From: an uncultured bacterium
Lineage (GTDB): Bacteria; Patescibacteriota; Minisyncoccia; Phycocordibacterales; UBA9973
Length of the DNA: 55,102 nt
Assembly (NCBI GenBank): GCA_937903035.1
Contig: CALCZP010000003.1
Coordinates: 131,156 to 186,257 of the forward strand
Direction: 5' to 3'
The notes below the pieces were generated by a model, which worked only from the letters and a program-made list of their open reading frames with translations, did no database searches and was not told the origin of the DNA. Of this stretch, positions 17,272 through 25,737 are shown in pieces (within the stretch, counting starts at the first letter, position 1; the number at the start of each line of letters is the position of its first letter). Position numbers and translations under genes: made by a program.

Positions 17272-17359
17272 GGAGGCGTGGATGAGTGGTTTAAATCAAC
17301 GGTTTACTAAACCGTCGGCCTTAATCGGCCCGAGAGTTCGAATCTCTCCGCCTCCGCCA
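17272..17359 (+). tRNA. class II tRNA with Ser architecture and anticodon ACU (A34); CCA encoded
   Basis: Acceptor GGAGGCG/CGCCTCC; D-arm GAT-GAGTGGTTTAA-ATC; anticodon arm ACGGT-TTACTAA-ACCGT with anticodon at 17306-17308; long variable arm; T-arm GAGAG-TTCGAAT-CTCTC; G73 then CCA. Confidence 0.75.
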
Positions 17360-17362
17360 AAA

Positions 17363-18088
17363 ATGAAAACAAGTGTTCTCATAATTGCATATAACGAAGA
17401 AAAACATATCGGTGCATGTATTGAGTCAGTGCTGAGACAAACAATTCCGGCTGATGAGATCATTGTTGTCGCGCACAACTGTACTGATGCGACGGAGCGT
17501 ATTGCGCAATTATATCCGGTGAAGCTGGTGTCATTTCAAGGACCTGTCGGTATTATCTATGCACGCATCGAGTCACTCAAACAGGTGACAGGGGATGTGG
17601 TGCTCTGTACGGATGGTGATGCGGTGGTTGATCGCAACTGGATTGAAGTGATGACAAGAGTGCTCGTAGAAAACAAAAACATGCTTGTTGGATCGCGTGT
17701 TATGTTTGTCGGGACTTTTTATAATAGATTCTGTAATTTCCTTAATACAATTGTTGGATGGTTTCTGCCTTGCAGTGGTCCAAAAGTTACTCGTGTGATC
17801 TGGGGTCCGAGTATTGCATTTTGGGCAAAGAACAAATATGTTGTCTCAGATATATTTGCACAAAGTTATATATGGTCAAGAAATCTTGGACTCACACGGA
17901 ATCCTGATGACTACTGGCTTGCACTTGAAATGAGTAAACGTGGCAATATTGCCTATACAACTGACACGACTGTGCGCGCAGTCGCAAAAGAACTCACAAG
18001 TCTCGATGCATATAAACGTAATCGTGAAAACAACAAACATGGAAAAAAGATACGTGCGTATTTCAAGTCTAAATACTGTCACTCATAG
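17363..18088 (+). CDS. family 2 glycosyltransferase
   Basis: SVLIIAYNEEKHIGACIESVLRQT ... DEIIVVAHNCTDAT ... CTDGDAV (DxD-like). The start was trimmed because the upstream part of the tracked ORF is the tRNA. Confidence 0.85.
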   Translation: MKTSVLIIAYNEEKHIGACIESVLRQTIPADEIIVVAHNCTDATERIAQLYPVKLVSFQGPVGIIYARIESLKQVTGDVVLCTDGDAVVDRNWIEVMTRVLVENKNMLVGSRVMFVGTFYNRFCNFLNTIVGWFLPCSGPKVTRVIWGPSIAFWAKNKYVVSDIFAQSYIWSRNLGLTRNPDDYWLALEMSKRGNIAYTTDTTVRAVAKELTSLDAYKRNRENNKHGKKIRAYFKSKYCHS

Positions 18089-18090
18089 AT

Positions 18091-18126
18091 AAAAAAATCT
18101 CTTCAATTATTGAAGAGATTTTTTTA
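18091..18126. terminator. bidirectional intrinsic terminator
   Basis: AAAAAAATCTCTTCAA-TTAT-TGAAGAGATTTTTTT. Confidence 0.75.
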
Positions 18127-18303
18127 TTAGTTCTTTGATTCGATTTTTCGGAGCTCTTCTTCTGCTGCCTGAATCAAGAGGTCGATACCAAAATTTTCTT
18201 GCTCAATAAGGTCTTTTTCTGCAGTATCAAATTCGATAAGTGCCTCAGTTTGGTCACTGGTGAGTTCTGCTGGTTCGGGTTGTGGTTGGTCAAAATGATT
18301 CAT
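18127..18303 (-). CDS. small acidic protein (58 aa), third gene of the uncharacterised cassette
   Basis: Not in the ORF track (below 60 aa). I translated it by hand: MNHFDQPQPEPAELTSDQTEALIEFDTAEKDLIEQENFGIDLLIQAAEEELRKIESKN. It starts 11 nt after the upstream stop and ends at the terminator. Confidence 0.4.
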   Translation of the reverse strand: MNHFDQPQPEPAELTSDQTEALIEFDTAEKDLIEQENFGIDLLIQAAEEELRKIESKN

Positions 18304-18314
18304 AGGTATAGCTA

Positions 18315-19460
18315 TTATGCAGCCTGTGCGGCACCAACATCAAGGATGTTTTCTTTTCGCTGTACTAGGTTGCTGACTTTATTCTTAAATTTGTTCAGGA
18401 TATCACCAAGGTGTTTGCCACTGTTCACGAGCTTTTTGGTCAAATGCTCTGCACCGCCACCTGCAGCCATGAGTTCAATTGCATGGAGGACATCCTTGCC
18501 GATACCGAGTGCATGAAGTGATGGGCCGATGAGTACATGTGTGGTGTATTCAGTTGCGGTCGCAAGCATCGGGAACTTGTGTTCAAATTTCTCAAAGAGT
18601 GTTTGATGTTTTGTATGTGCTTCAGACAGTACTTCAGCACCTGTCTGTGCTTTGATATTGTGCTCCATCCCTTGCGCGAATGCTTGCTGGTCTTCTGGTG
18701 AGAGGTGAGCGACACGATCCATCACTTCCTTGAGCTTTGCAAGTTTTGCCTCATGTATTTCAAGTGCTTTTGCTTTCTCAGATTCTGCAGACGCGAGACG
18801 CTCAATCTGCTCGGGTGAGGCTTTTGCGAGGAGTTTCTCTCGCATGCTTTGAGGGAGGTTTGCCGCGACTTTCTCAAACCCTTTGAGTGCCCACATACCA
18901 CCAGCTTTTGATCCTGCAACTGATGTCGCAGCACCGAGGAATCCATGACCTGCGATGGTGCCACCTATACCACCTGCAATATTTCCGATTCGTCCAACCA
19001 TTTTTATCAGTTTTGGGTTGTAGTTGTGTTCATCAGTGAGTTTTTGTTCAAGTTTACTTTGTGCATGGACAAGGTGTGCAAACTTTTCTTTTATGGTGGC
19101 GATGATACTTTTTCCTTCGGGTGACTGTTCTATCTCAGTAGTAATAAATGCTTGTTCTTCTTGTGGTAGCTGTTGTATTTCGGCAAGCGTTGCTTCATGT
19201 GTCTCGGCAAGCGTGCTGCCAATCTCAATCGACTCTACTGTACGGTTAAATTCACTATTCTCAATGGCTGCACTATCCGCCAATGTTTCATTTGGTGGCA
19301 GTGATTCAGGGTTTACAAGTGAGTCTGCTATCTCAATACTTGTTCCTTCGGGAGATATAGCAATGTTCGTCTCATCGACTGTTTCAGGTGCAGCACGTTC
19401 CTCAGTTGGTATAACTACTTCTTCATCGCTATTGGGTCCTGTAGAAAATGTTTCATGCAT
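18315..19460 (-). CDS. hypothetical 381-aa protein: acidic disordered N-terminus, glycine-zipper segment, helical C-terminal half
   Basis: About 110 N-terminal residues are rich in E/T/S/P. It carries MVGRIGNIAGGIGGTIAGHGFLGAATSVAGSKAGG (GxxxG repeats) and a second Gly-rich patch, ELMAAGGGAEH. I recognised no family. Confidence 0.6.
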   Translation of the reverse strand: MHETFSTGPNSDEEVVIPTEERAAPETVDETNIAISPEGTSIEIADSLVNPESLPPNETLADSAAIENSEFNRTVESIEIGSTLAETHEATLAEIQQLPQEEQAFITTEIEQSPEGKSIIATIKEKFAHLVHAQSKLEQKLTDEHNYNPKLIKMVGRIGNIAGGIGGTIAGHGFLGAATSVAGSKAGGMWALKGFEKVAANLPQSMREKLLAKASPEQIERLASAESEKAKALEIHEAKLAKLKEVMDRVAHLSPEDQQAFAQGMEHNIKAQTGAEVLSEAHTKHQTLFEKFEHKFPMLATATEYTTHVLIGPSLHALGIGKDVLHAIELMAAGGGAEHLTKKLVNSGKHLGDILNKFKNKVSNLVQRKENILDVGAAQAA

Positions 19461-19618
19461 TAGTTTGAAGGGGAGTTAAAGCTCTGCTTGATACTGTAGC
19501 GCATGCGCTGGATCTCAGCCTGTTTGAGATAGGCAGCAATTGCTTTGTTATATTCATCAAGTGCACGCTTGAGTGCCTGCGTGTCCGCGATGATTTCTGC
19601 TGTATCCAAAGTGTTCAT
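19460..19618 (-). CDS. small coiled-coil protein (52 aa), first gene of the cassette
   Basis: MNTLDTAEIIADTQALKRALDEYNKAIAAYLKQAEIQRMRYS. Its TAA stop shares nt 19460 with the ATG of the next gene (TAATG). GATAAT lies 7 nt upstream of the ATG at 19618. Confidence 0.4.
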   Translation of the reverse strand: MNTLDTAEIIADTQALKRALDEYNKAIAAYLKQAEIQRMRYSIKQSFNSPSN

Positions 19619-19654
19619 ATGTATGATTATCCATAATACTAGTCCACTTTGCAA

Positions 19655-20299
19655 TTATTTCCTCGCATACCCATGTGAAAGTGCAATACAGTGGATCTTT
19701 TTGGCACCGGAGGCTTTGAGTGCGCGGATGGCTTCGAGGAATGTTGCGCCGGTGGTGGTGACATCATCAATCACGATATAGAGCAACTTTGGATCAAGAC
19801 CTTCATCGGCAGTCATTGAGTGTGTGACATTTTTAAATCTCAGGGATTTGTTTTTGATATGTGCTTGAGGAATCGTAGTTGCTGTTTTAGAGAGGAGCTC
19901 TCGAACGATAGTGTCGGGGATTGATTGGGCTATCCAGATGGCAATGAGTTTGCTCTGATTGAAGCCGCGTTCATGCTTTTTGTATTTGTGTTGGGGAATA
20001 GGGACGAGGATGATGGATTCTCGGTGTATGCTCTGGATCATATCGGTCAGTGTGTCGATGATATGGGGTACCGCTGCGTTGGTGAGTACACGAGCGGATT
20101 CACTCCGACGATGGTACTTGAGATTACGGATTGCACCTGCGACGAGCTTGTGCCCGTATTCAAAGATTGCAGTTATATGTCGGTCATCAGTCTCTCGTGC
20201 AGCAGGGATTGAAGCAATACACCTCTCGCACAGTGCTCGGCTATGCCTGCCGCAGCCGGCACAGCGTTCAGGGAAGAAAAGGCTTGAGAGAAAGCTCAT
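19655..20299 (-). CDS. comFC: ComF-family protein (ComFC-like phosphoribosyltransferase fold)
   Basis: N-terminal CAGCG...CERC zinc-finger-like motif and PRTase motif IVIDDVTTTGATFLEA. Confidence 0.85.
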   Translation of the reverse strand: MSFLSSLFFPERCAGCGRHSRALCERCIASIPAARETDDRHITAIFEYGHKLVAGAIRNLKYHRRSESARVLTNAAVPHIIDTLTDMIQSIHRESIILVPIPQHKYKKHERGFNQSKLIAIWIAQSIPDTIVRELLSKTATTIPQAHIKNKSLRFKNVTHSMTADEGLDPKLLYIVIDDVTTTGATFLEAIRALKASGAKKIHCIALSHGYARK

Positions 20300-20352
20300 A
20301 GGGGAGGGATTAGAAATTATGCAAAATCTGCTCTATACTATATATAGTATAT

Positions 20353-21483
20353 ATGGATAGCATACTCGAAGGAATCAAATCTCTGATCGCAGGACTTTTT
20401 GGCAAAGGGGGCGACAATGTATCAGTTGGTATTGATGTTGGTACTTCATCAATCAAAGTCGTCCAGCTCAAACGTGAGAACGGACGTGCGGTGCTCGACA
20501 CCTATGGTGCACTTGCACTTGGGCAATATCAAAAAGATGGTGTGGTAGGACAAGTAGTGAATCTTGATGTTGATACGCTTGCAAAAGCACTCCGGGATAC
20601 CCTCACTGAAACAAAAATCACGAGTCAGAATGTAGTGATCGGTATTCCATCAGTGTCTTGTATTATCTTTATCTTGCAGCTACCTGCAGAGATTGAAGAA
20701 AAGTCATTGGGTGCGGTGATTCCAAACGAAGCAAAGAAATTTATTCCGGTACCAATCACTGAAGTTTCACTCGACTGGTATGTGATTCCTCGACGTGAAG
20801 ATTCAGGGACGGAGAGTCGTGTGCTCTCAGAGAGTGGGGGAGATGCAAAAATCTCAGTCCTTGTTGTTGCAACATTGAATGAAACTATTACTAAGTTTAC
20901 TGATGTCTTACAAAAAGCTGAGGTCCCAATGAACTCACTTGAGATTGAAGTCTTTAGTCAGATTAGATCAACCCTTACTCGCGAACTTTTCCCGGTGCTT
21001 ATCATTGATATTGGTGCTTCAAAAACAAAACTTGCTATTGTGGAGCACGGTATTGTCGAGACATTCCGACTCGTGACGCGTGGTAGCCAGGATATGACCC
21101 TTGCAATTGCTCGAACACTGCAGATTCCGTTTGTAAAAGCAGAAGCAATCAAAAAAGATAATGGACTTATTGAAAGCCCCGAACATCCACAGGTGCCTGA
21201 GCTCATCAAGACGCAACTTGTTGAAATATTCCAAGAAGCAAATGCTACTATTCTTGCATACGAAAAACGTTACAACAAAAATATTGGCAAGGTCATCTTT
21301 ACTGGTGGAGGATCAATGACGCGTGGTTTCCTTGAATATGCAAAGCCAAGCTTTGCAACTGAGCTCGTAATTGCTGATCCGTTTGCAAAAGTTGATGCAC
21401 CAGTGTTTCTTGCAGGAGTACTGAAAGCAACTGGTCCCGAATTTTCTGCTGCGCTTGGACTTGCAATGAAAAAATTTCAGTAA
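20353..21483 (+). CDS. pilM: type IV pilus assembly protein PilM (actin-like ATPase fold)
   Basis: VGIDVGTSSIKVVQLK and IIDIGASKTKLAIV phosphate motifs; followed by pilN/pilO-like genes. Confidence 0.9.
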   Translation: MDSILEGIKSLIAGLFGKGGDNVSVGIDVGTSSIKVVQLKRENGRAVLDTYGALALGQYQKDGVVGQVVNLDVDTLAKALRDTLTETKITSQNVVIGIPSVSCIIFILQLPAEIEEKSLGAVIPNEAKKFIPVPITEVSLDWYVIPRREDSGTESRVLSESGGDAKISVLVVATLNETITKFTDVLQKAEVPMNSLEIEVFSQIRSTLTRELFPVLIIDIGASKTKLAIVEHGIVETFRLVTRGSQDMTLAIARTLQIPFVKAEAIKKDNGLIESPEHPQVPELIKTQLVEIFQEANATILAYEKRYNKNIGKVIFTGGGSMTRGFLEYAKPSFATELVIADPFAKVDAPVFLAGVLKATGPEFSAALGLAMKKFQ

Positions 21484-21551
21484 TCCCCGGAGAATACGCG
21501 TATAGTACTTGTACACTGCGTGCACTATCGTGATATAATTATCACACATAA

Positions 21552-22253
21552 ATGCCGCCGAACATTCCAACATCATTTATTCCAAAGCGTCCGATTGATA
21601 CGACGAGCGCTGTGACCGAAACAAAGCCAAGCCGAGCAGTCGGTCTCTTGTCGTTTTTGACCGTCATTATTGTGATTGCAACAATAGTCTCATTTGGTGG
21701 GGTATTTCTCTATCAAAAACAATTAGCATCACAAAAGATTGCACTCGAAAAATCTATCAATGATGCGCGTGATGGTCTGGGAACAGAGTTTGTAGGAGAT
21801 ATGAAGCGCCTTGATGCACGTATTGATGGAGTGAAAGCACTCCTGAAGAGTCATGTTGTTGTCTCTCCAGTATTTGCAGCGCTTGAAGCAACCACTCTTC
21901 ATTCAATTCAATACAAAACATTTAAATACACGTTTATTACTGATAGTGGTACGAAGGCGCAGGTAGTACAAGTCAGTCTCAGTGGTATTGCAAAAAGCTA
22001 TGCAACGATTGCACTTCAGTCAGATGCATTTACGCAGAGCGCTCTTATTCGCAATCCGGTATTCTCAAACCTGACGATTGATGACAAAACTGGATCAGTT
22101 GCTTTTAGACTCACCTTTACGGTAAACCCTGCTGATCTCTCGTTCCAAACCTTTATTGATAGTAAACTAAAGGCTACTGGTACTACCACTGCGCAGACTC
22201 CTAGTGTTCCTGCAGTTGTTGATCCAATCAAGCCATTAACTACACCACAATAA
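21552..22253 (+). CDS. pilN: PilN-like bitopic pilus assembly protein
   Basis: Single TM segment (LLSFLTVIIVIATIVSFGGVFLY) then a coiled coil. The call rests on position between pilM and pilO. Confidence 0.6.
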   Translation: MPPNIPTSFIPKRPIDTTSAVTETKPSRAVGLLSFLTVIIVIATIVSFGGVFLYQKQLASQKIALEKSINDARDGLGTEFVGDMKRLDARIDGVKALLKSHVVVSPVFAALEATTLHSIQYKTFKYTFITDSGTKAQVVQVSLSGIAKSYATIALQSDAFTQSALIRNPVFSNLTIDDKTGSVAFRLTFTVNPADLSFQTFIDSKLKATGTTTAQTPSVPAVVDPIKPLTTPQ

Positions 22254-22828
22254 TGAGATATATTTTTTTACTAATCGTTATAGGAGTTTCAGTCGGTGTC
22301 TTCGTGATGTTTGTGTGGCCACGCTATCAGAATATTCAAACAACGCGTGCAGCAATTGCAAACTCTGATAATAGTCTCAGTACTGCGGCAAAACTTAAAG
22401 CATCTCGTGAGGCACTCATTGCAAAATATAACAGTATTCCAAAAGCTGACTTAGACAACTTGAAGACATTGCTTCCTGATACTGTGAACAACATTCGTCT
22501 GATTATTCAGATCAATGCGCTTGCAACCAAAAATGGTCTCTCAGTGCTTCGAAATGTTGAGTATCAAGCGGTACAGGAAAAAGCCGCAGCAGGTGCTGCA
22601 AATACCGAAGCATCAAGGCGGCCTTATGGAGAATTTGCAGTATCATTTGAAACCGTAGGGCAGTATAAGAACTTTCTCGCATTTCTTTCTGATCTTGAGG
22701 CAAACCTTCGCTTGATTGATGTCACTGGTATTGATTTTAGTCTTGGGGCGGGAGCCGGAGGGGATCAAGGTGGGATCGTAAGTAATAGTTATAAAGTGTC
22801 ATTAAAGACCTATTGGTTAAAACAATAA
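22253..22828 (+). CDS. pilO: PilO-like bitopic pilus assembly protein
   Basis: N-terminal TM segment, a coiled coil, then an alpha/beta domain. ATGA start/stop overlap with pilN. Confidence 0.6.
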   Translation: MRYIFLLIVIGVSVGVFVMFVWPRYQNIQTTRAAIANSDNSLSTAAKLKASREALIAKYNSIPKADLDNLKTLLPDTVNNIRLIIQINALATKNGLSVLRNVEYQAVQEKAAAGAANTEASRRPYGEFAVSFETVGQYKNFLAFLSDLEANLRLIDVTGIDFSLGAGAGGDQGGIVSNSYKVSLKTYWLKQ

Positions 22829-22829
22829 T

Positions 22830-23519
22830 ATGAACAAGAAACTCAAAATCGTCATATTCATCGTTATAGGACTTGCCGCTGTTGTTGTAGCACTTAAGGT
22901 CTTTGGTGGCTCATCTGCACAGGTACCCAAGCCGGCAACTGGCACACTCTCAACAACATCTGCAGTTGTTCCAGGAAATACTGCAAAGCCGGTAACTACA
23001 GCCGGACAATCAAGTGAATTTTCAGCACTTCTTTCTAGTGTAAAGTCTATCGATATTGATACGTCTATTTTTGAAAACAATGCATACAAAAGTTTACGCG
23101 ATTATCCCGTTTCTCTCGGTACTGATATTGTTGGGCGCCAAAACCCCTTTGCCCCCATTGGTGTTGATCCTGCAGGTGGTGCAACTACGGGGAGTGGGGT
23201 TGTTGCAACTCCAGAGCTTCAGACATTGCAGCCAAGTAAAATCACGGCAAATGGAGCTGAATTTGGCGCACAAATGACCGTGACTGATGGTGTGCCAGTA
23301 ATGGTGATGTTTGAATACGGTATTAGTGACACATTTGGAAATGCTACTCCTCCGGGGGTACTTGGTAAAAATGGCACGATACTTACACCAGTCACAGGAC
23401 TTGCACCTTCGACACTCTATTATGTGCGCGCAGTTGCGGCACAAGGGTCGAACACAACAACCGGCACTATTATGACATTTACGACATTGGCAAAGCCTGT
23501 CGCCGCACCAAAGCGATGA
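22830..23519 (+). CDS. membrane-anchored pilus-locus protein with a C-terminal fibronectin-III-like domain
   Basis: N-terminal TM segment IVIFIVIGLAAVVVAL, a Thr/Ser/Ala linker, and the C-terminal FN3-like signature LAPSTLYYVRAVAAQGSNTTTGTIMTFTT. Confidence 0.5.
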   Translation: MNKKLKIVIFIVIGLAAVVVALKVFGGSSAQVPKPATGTLSTTSAVVPGNTAKPVTTAGQSSEFSALLSSVKSIDIDTSIFENNAYKSLRDYPVSLGTDIVGRQNPFAPIGVDPAGGATTGSGVVATPELQTLQPSKITANGAEFGAQMTVTDGVPVMVMFEYGISDTFGNATPPGVLGKNGTILTPVTGLAPSTLYYVRAVAAQGSNTTTGTIMTFTTLAKPVAAPKR

Positions 23520-25258
23520 TGTTTCTGGACTTCTTGCTTTCACAGCACATCATAACCGAGCTTCAGTATAATCAAGTATTGGCTGAGGTTGATGCGCAGT
23601 ATGAAGGTAACTACAACAAAGCACTACTTGCAACAGGTGTCAGTGAAGAAGCACTGACTGCTGCAAAGTCTACTTTTTATAAACTCCCGTATCAAAAAAT
23701 TGATGCAAAAAATATTCCTCACGATATTTTGAAGTATGTTGCCGAAGAAGCTGCAACGCATTATAAATTTGTACCGATTGGCTTTGCAGAAGGAGTGCTA
23801 TCTATTGGGGTGACCGAACCTGAAAATATCGAAGGGATGAATGCCTTGCAGTTTATTTCTGCGAAGCAAGGGATTCCGTTCAAGATTTTTCTTATCTCAT
23901 ATAGTGATTTCATTGCAGTACTTGAGAGTTATAAGGCACTTTCACAGGAAGTTGATAGTGCAGTGGGAGAGCTTAATGACGAACTTGAAGGTGCAAATCA
24001 GTCTATTGGGAGTGGCAAGGGTGCAATCGAACAGCTTGTTGGTGATGGAACAAAAAAAGATGATACGGGAAAGCTTGTCGAAGATGCGCCGATCATCAAG
24101 ATTGTGGCAGTGATTATCAATCATGCGGTTGAAGGAAATGCATCCGATATCCATATTGAAAATAATGGCGACAAGGTGAATGTTCGCTATCGTGTTGATG
24201 GAGATCTGCATACGACACTAGTGCTCCCGATCAATACATTTGATGGTATTATTGCGCGTGTCAAAATCCTCTCCAAACTTCGTCTTGATGAAAAGCGAAA
24301 GCCACAAGATGGATCCTTTGCGACAATGATTAGTGGCCGCAAGATCGAGTTTCGTGTCTCCACGTTTCCTGCATACTATGGTGAAAAGGTCGTTATGCGT
24401 ATCTTGGACTCTGAAAAGGGCGTTAAACCATTGGATCAGATTGATCTTAGTCCTGAGCATCTCAAAATGGTACGCGAAGCACTTGATCGTCCGTATGGAC
24501 TCATCCTTATTTCAGGTCCGACTGGTTCCGGTAAATCAACCACGCTCTATTCGATGCTCAACAGTATTGATCGTGAAATTTATAACGTGGTCTCCCTTGA
24601 AGATCCGGTTGAGTACCAAGTATCCGGTGTGACACAGTCACAGATGATGCCTGAGATCGGCTATACCTTTGCGGCAGGTCTTCGCTCTGTGCTTCGTCAG
24701 GACCCTGATGTGATCATGGTGGGAGAAATTCGCGACAAGGAAACTGCACAGCTTGCGATTCAGGCGGCGCTTACTGGTCACTTGGTGTTCTCAACAATTC
24801 ACACCAACACGGCAGTTGGGGTAATCCCACGTCTTGTTGATATGGGTGTTGATCCGTATTTGATTGCACCAACACTTGTGCTTTCGATGGCACAGCGTCT
24901 CGTGCGTCGTGTGCATCCAAGTGTGCGTCACGAAGTACCGATGGATGATGTGACCAAGGAAATGATAAAAAAGCAGCTCGCCGACCTTCCGCCAGAGCAT
25001 CAAGCAGCATTCAAAGTTCCTGAAAAAATGTTTGAGATCAAGCCTTCAGCAGAAGCGCCATCAGGCACACGTGGTCGTATGCCAGTTTTTGAAATGTTTG
25101 CAGTCGACCGAGAAATGCAAGAAATCATCCTCAAGAGTCCTGTCGAGCCTGATATTTATAGGGCAGTGCGTGCCAAAGGAATGCTTATGCTTCGTGAGGA
25201 TGCACTTCAAAAGGCATTAAAGGGCGAAGTAACAATGCAAGAGGTCTACGGACTATAA
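23516..25258 (+). CDS. pilB: type IV pilus assembly (extension) ATPase PilB/GspE family
   Basis: Walker A GPTGSGKSTTLYSML, Asp box, Walker B VIMVGEIRD, His box TGHLVFSTIHTN. Confidence 0.95.
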   Translation: MMFLDFLLSQHIITELQYNQVLAEVDAQYEGNYNKALLATGVSEEALTAAKSTFYKLPYQKIDAKNIPHDILKYVAEEAATHYKFVPIGFAEGVLSIGVTEPENIEGMNALQFISAKQGIPFKIFLISYSDFIAVLESYKALSQEVDSAVGELNDELEGANQSIGSGKGAIEQLVGDGTKKDDTGKLVEDAPIIKIVAVIINHAVEGNASDIHIENNGDKVNVRYRVDGDLHTTLVLPINTFDGIIARVKILSKLRLDEKRKPQDGSFATMISGRKIEFRVSTFPAYYGEKVVMRILDSEKGVKPLDQIDLSPEHLKMVREALDRPYGLILISGPTGSGKSTTLYSMLNSIDREIYNVVSLEDPVEYQVSGVTQSQMMPEIGYTFAAGLRSVLRQDPDVIMVGEIRDKETAQLAIQAALTGHLVFSTIHTNTAVGVIPRLVDMGVDPYLIAPTLVLSMAQRLVRRVHPSVRHEVPMDDVTKEMIKKQLADLPPEHQAAFKVPEKMFEIKPSAEAPSGTRGRMPVFEMFAVDREMQEIILKSPVEPDIYRAVRAKGMLMLREDALQKALKGEVTMQEVYGL

Positions 25259-25297
25259 AAACAAATAGTACACCATAGCCTTTCCTTTGAAAGAGGG

Positions 25298-25303
25298 TAT
25301 ACT
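25298..25303 (+). promoter_or_regulatory. internal -10 box TATACT upstream of the REC gene
   Basis: TATACT at 25298-25303, 8 nt upstream of ATG 25312. This favours 25312 over 25306 as the start. Confidence 0.35.
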
Positions 25304-25311
25304 ATATGTAT

Positions 25312-25737
25312 ATGACCGACGTTATTCAAGAAGTACCAGAAGCTGCTCCGGTAAAAGGAAAGAATATTTTTATTATTGATGATGATATCTTTTTGCTTGA
25401 TATGTATGCAATGCGCTTTGCACAGGCTGGCTACAAGATTGAGACTGCGATGAGTGCTGCTGATGCTATTGCAAAACTTGAAGCTGGTCTTACTCCAGAT
25501 ATTATGCTCATGGATGTGGTGATGCCTGCAGTTGATGGATTTGAAATGCTTGAAAGTATCAATGCAAAAGGCTTGGTCCCAAAAACAATTAAGATTTATT
25601 TATCAAATCTTGGACAAGAACAAGATATTGCTCGAGGTAAATCACTCGGCGCAGCAAGTTATATCGTCAAAGCAAACAGTACTCCGTCAGAAGTCGTTGC
25701 ACATGTAGAAGAAGTTATCAAAACCTATGGATTATAA
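25312..25737 (+). CDS. stand-alone response-regulator receiver domain (CheY/PilH-like)
   Basis: IFIIDDD acidic pocket, phospho-acceptor context DIMLMDVVMPAVDG, and conserved S (YLSNLG) and K (YIVKA). Confidence 0.85.
   Translation: MTDVIQEVPEAAPVKGKNIFIIDDDIFLLDMYAMRFAQAGYKIETAMSAADAIAKLEAGLTPDIMLMDVVMPAVDGFEMLESINAKGLVPKTIKIYLSNLGQEQDIARGKSLGAASYIVKANSTPSEVVAHVEEVIKTYGL

Noticed and set aside
17282-17362. 5' extension of the glycosyltransferase ORF (tracked start 17282).
   Set aside because: The extension is the body of the Ser-type tRNA (17272..17359). The GT2 homology starts at MKTSVLIIAYNEE (17363).
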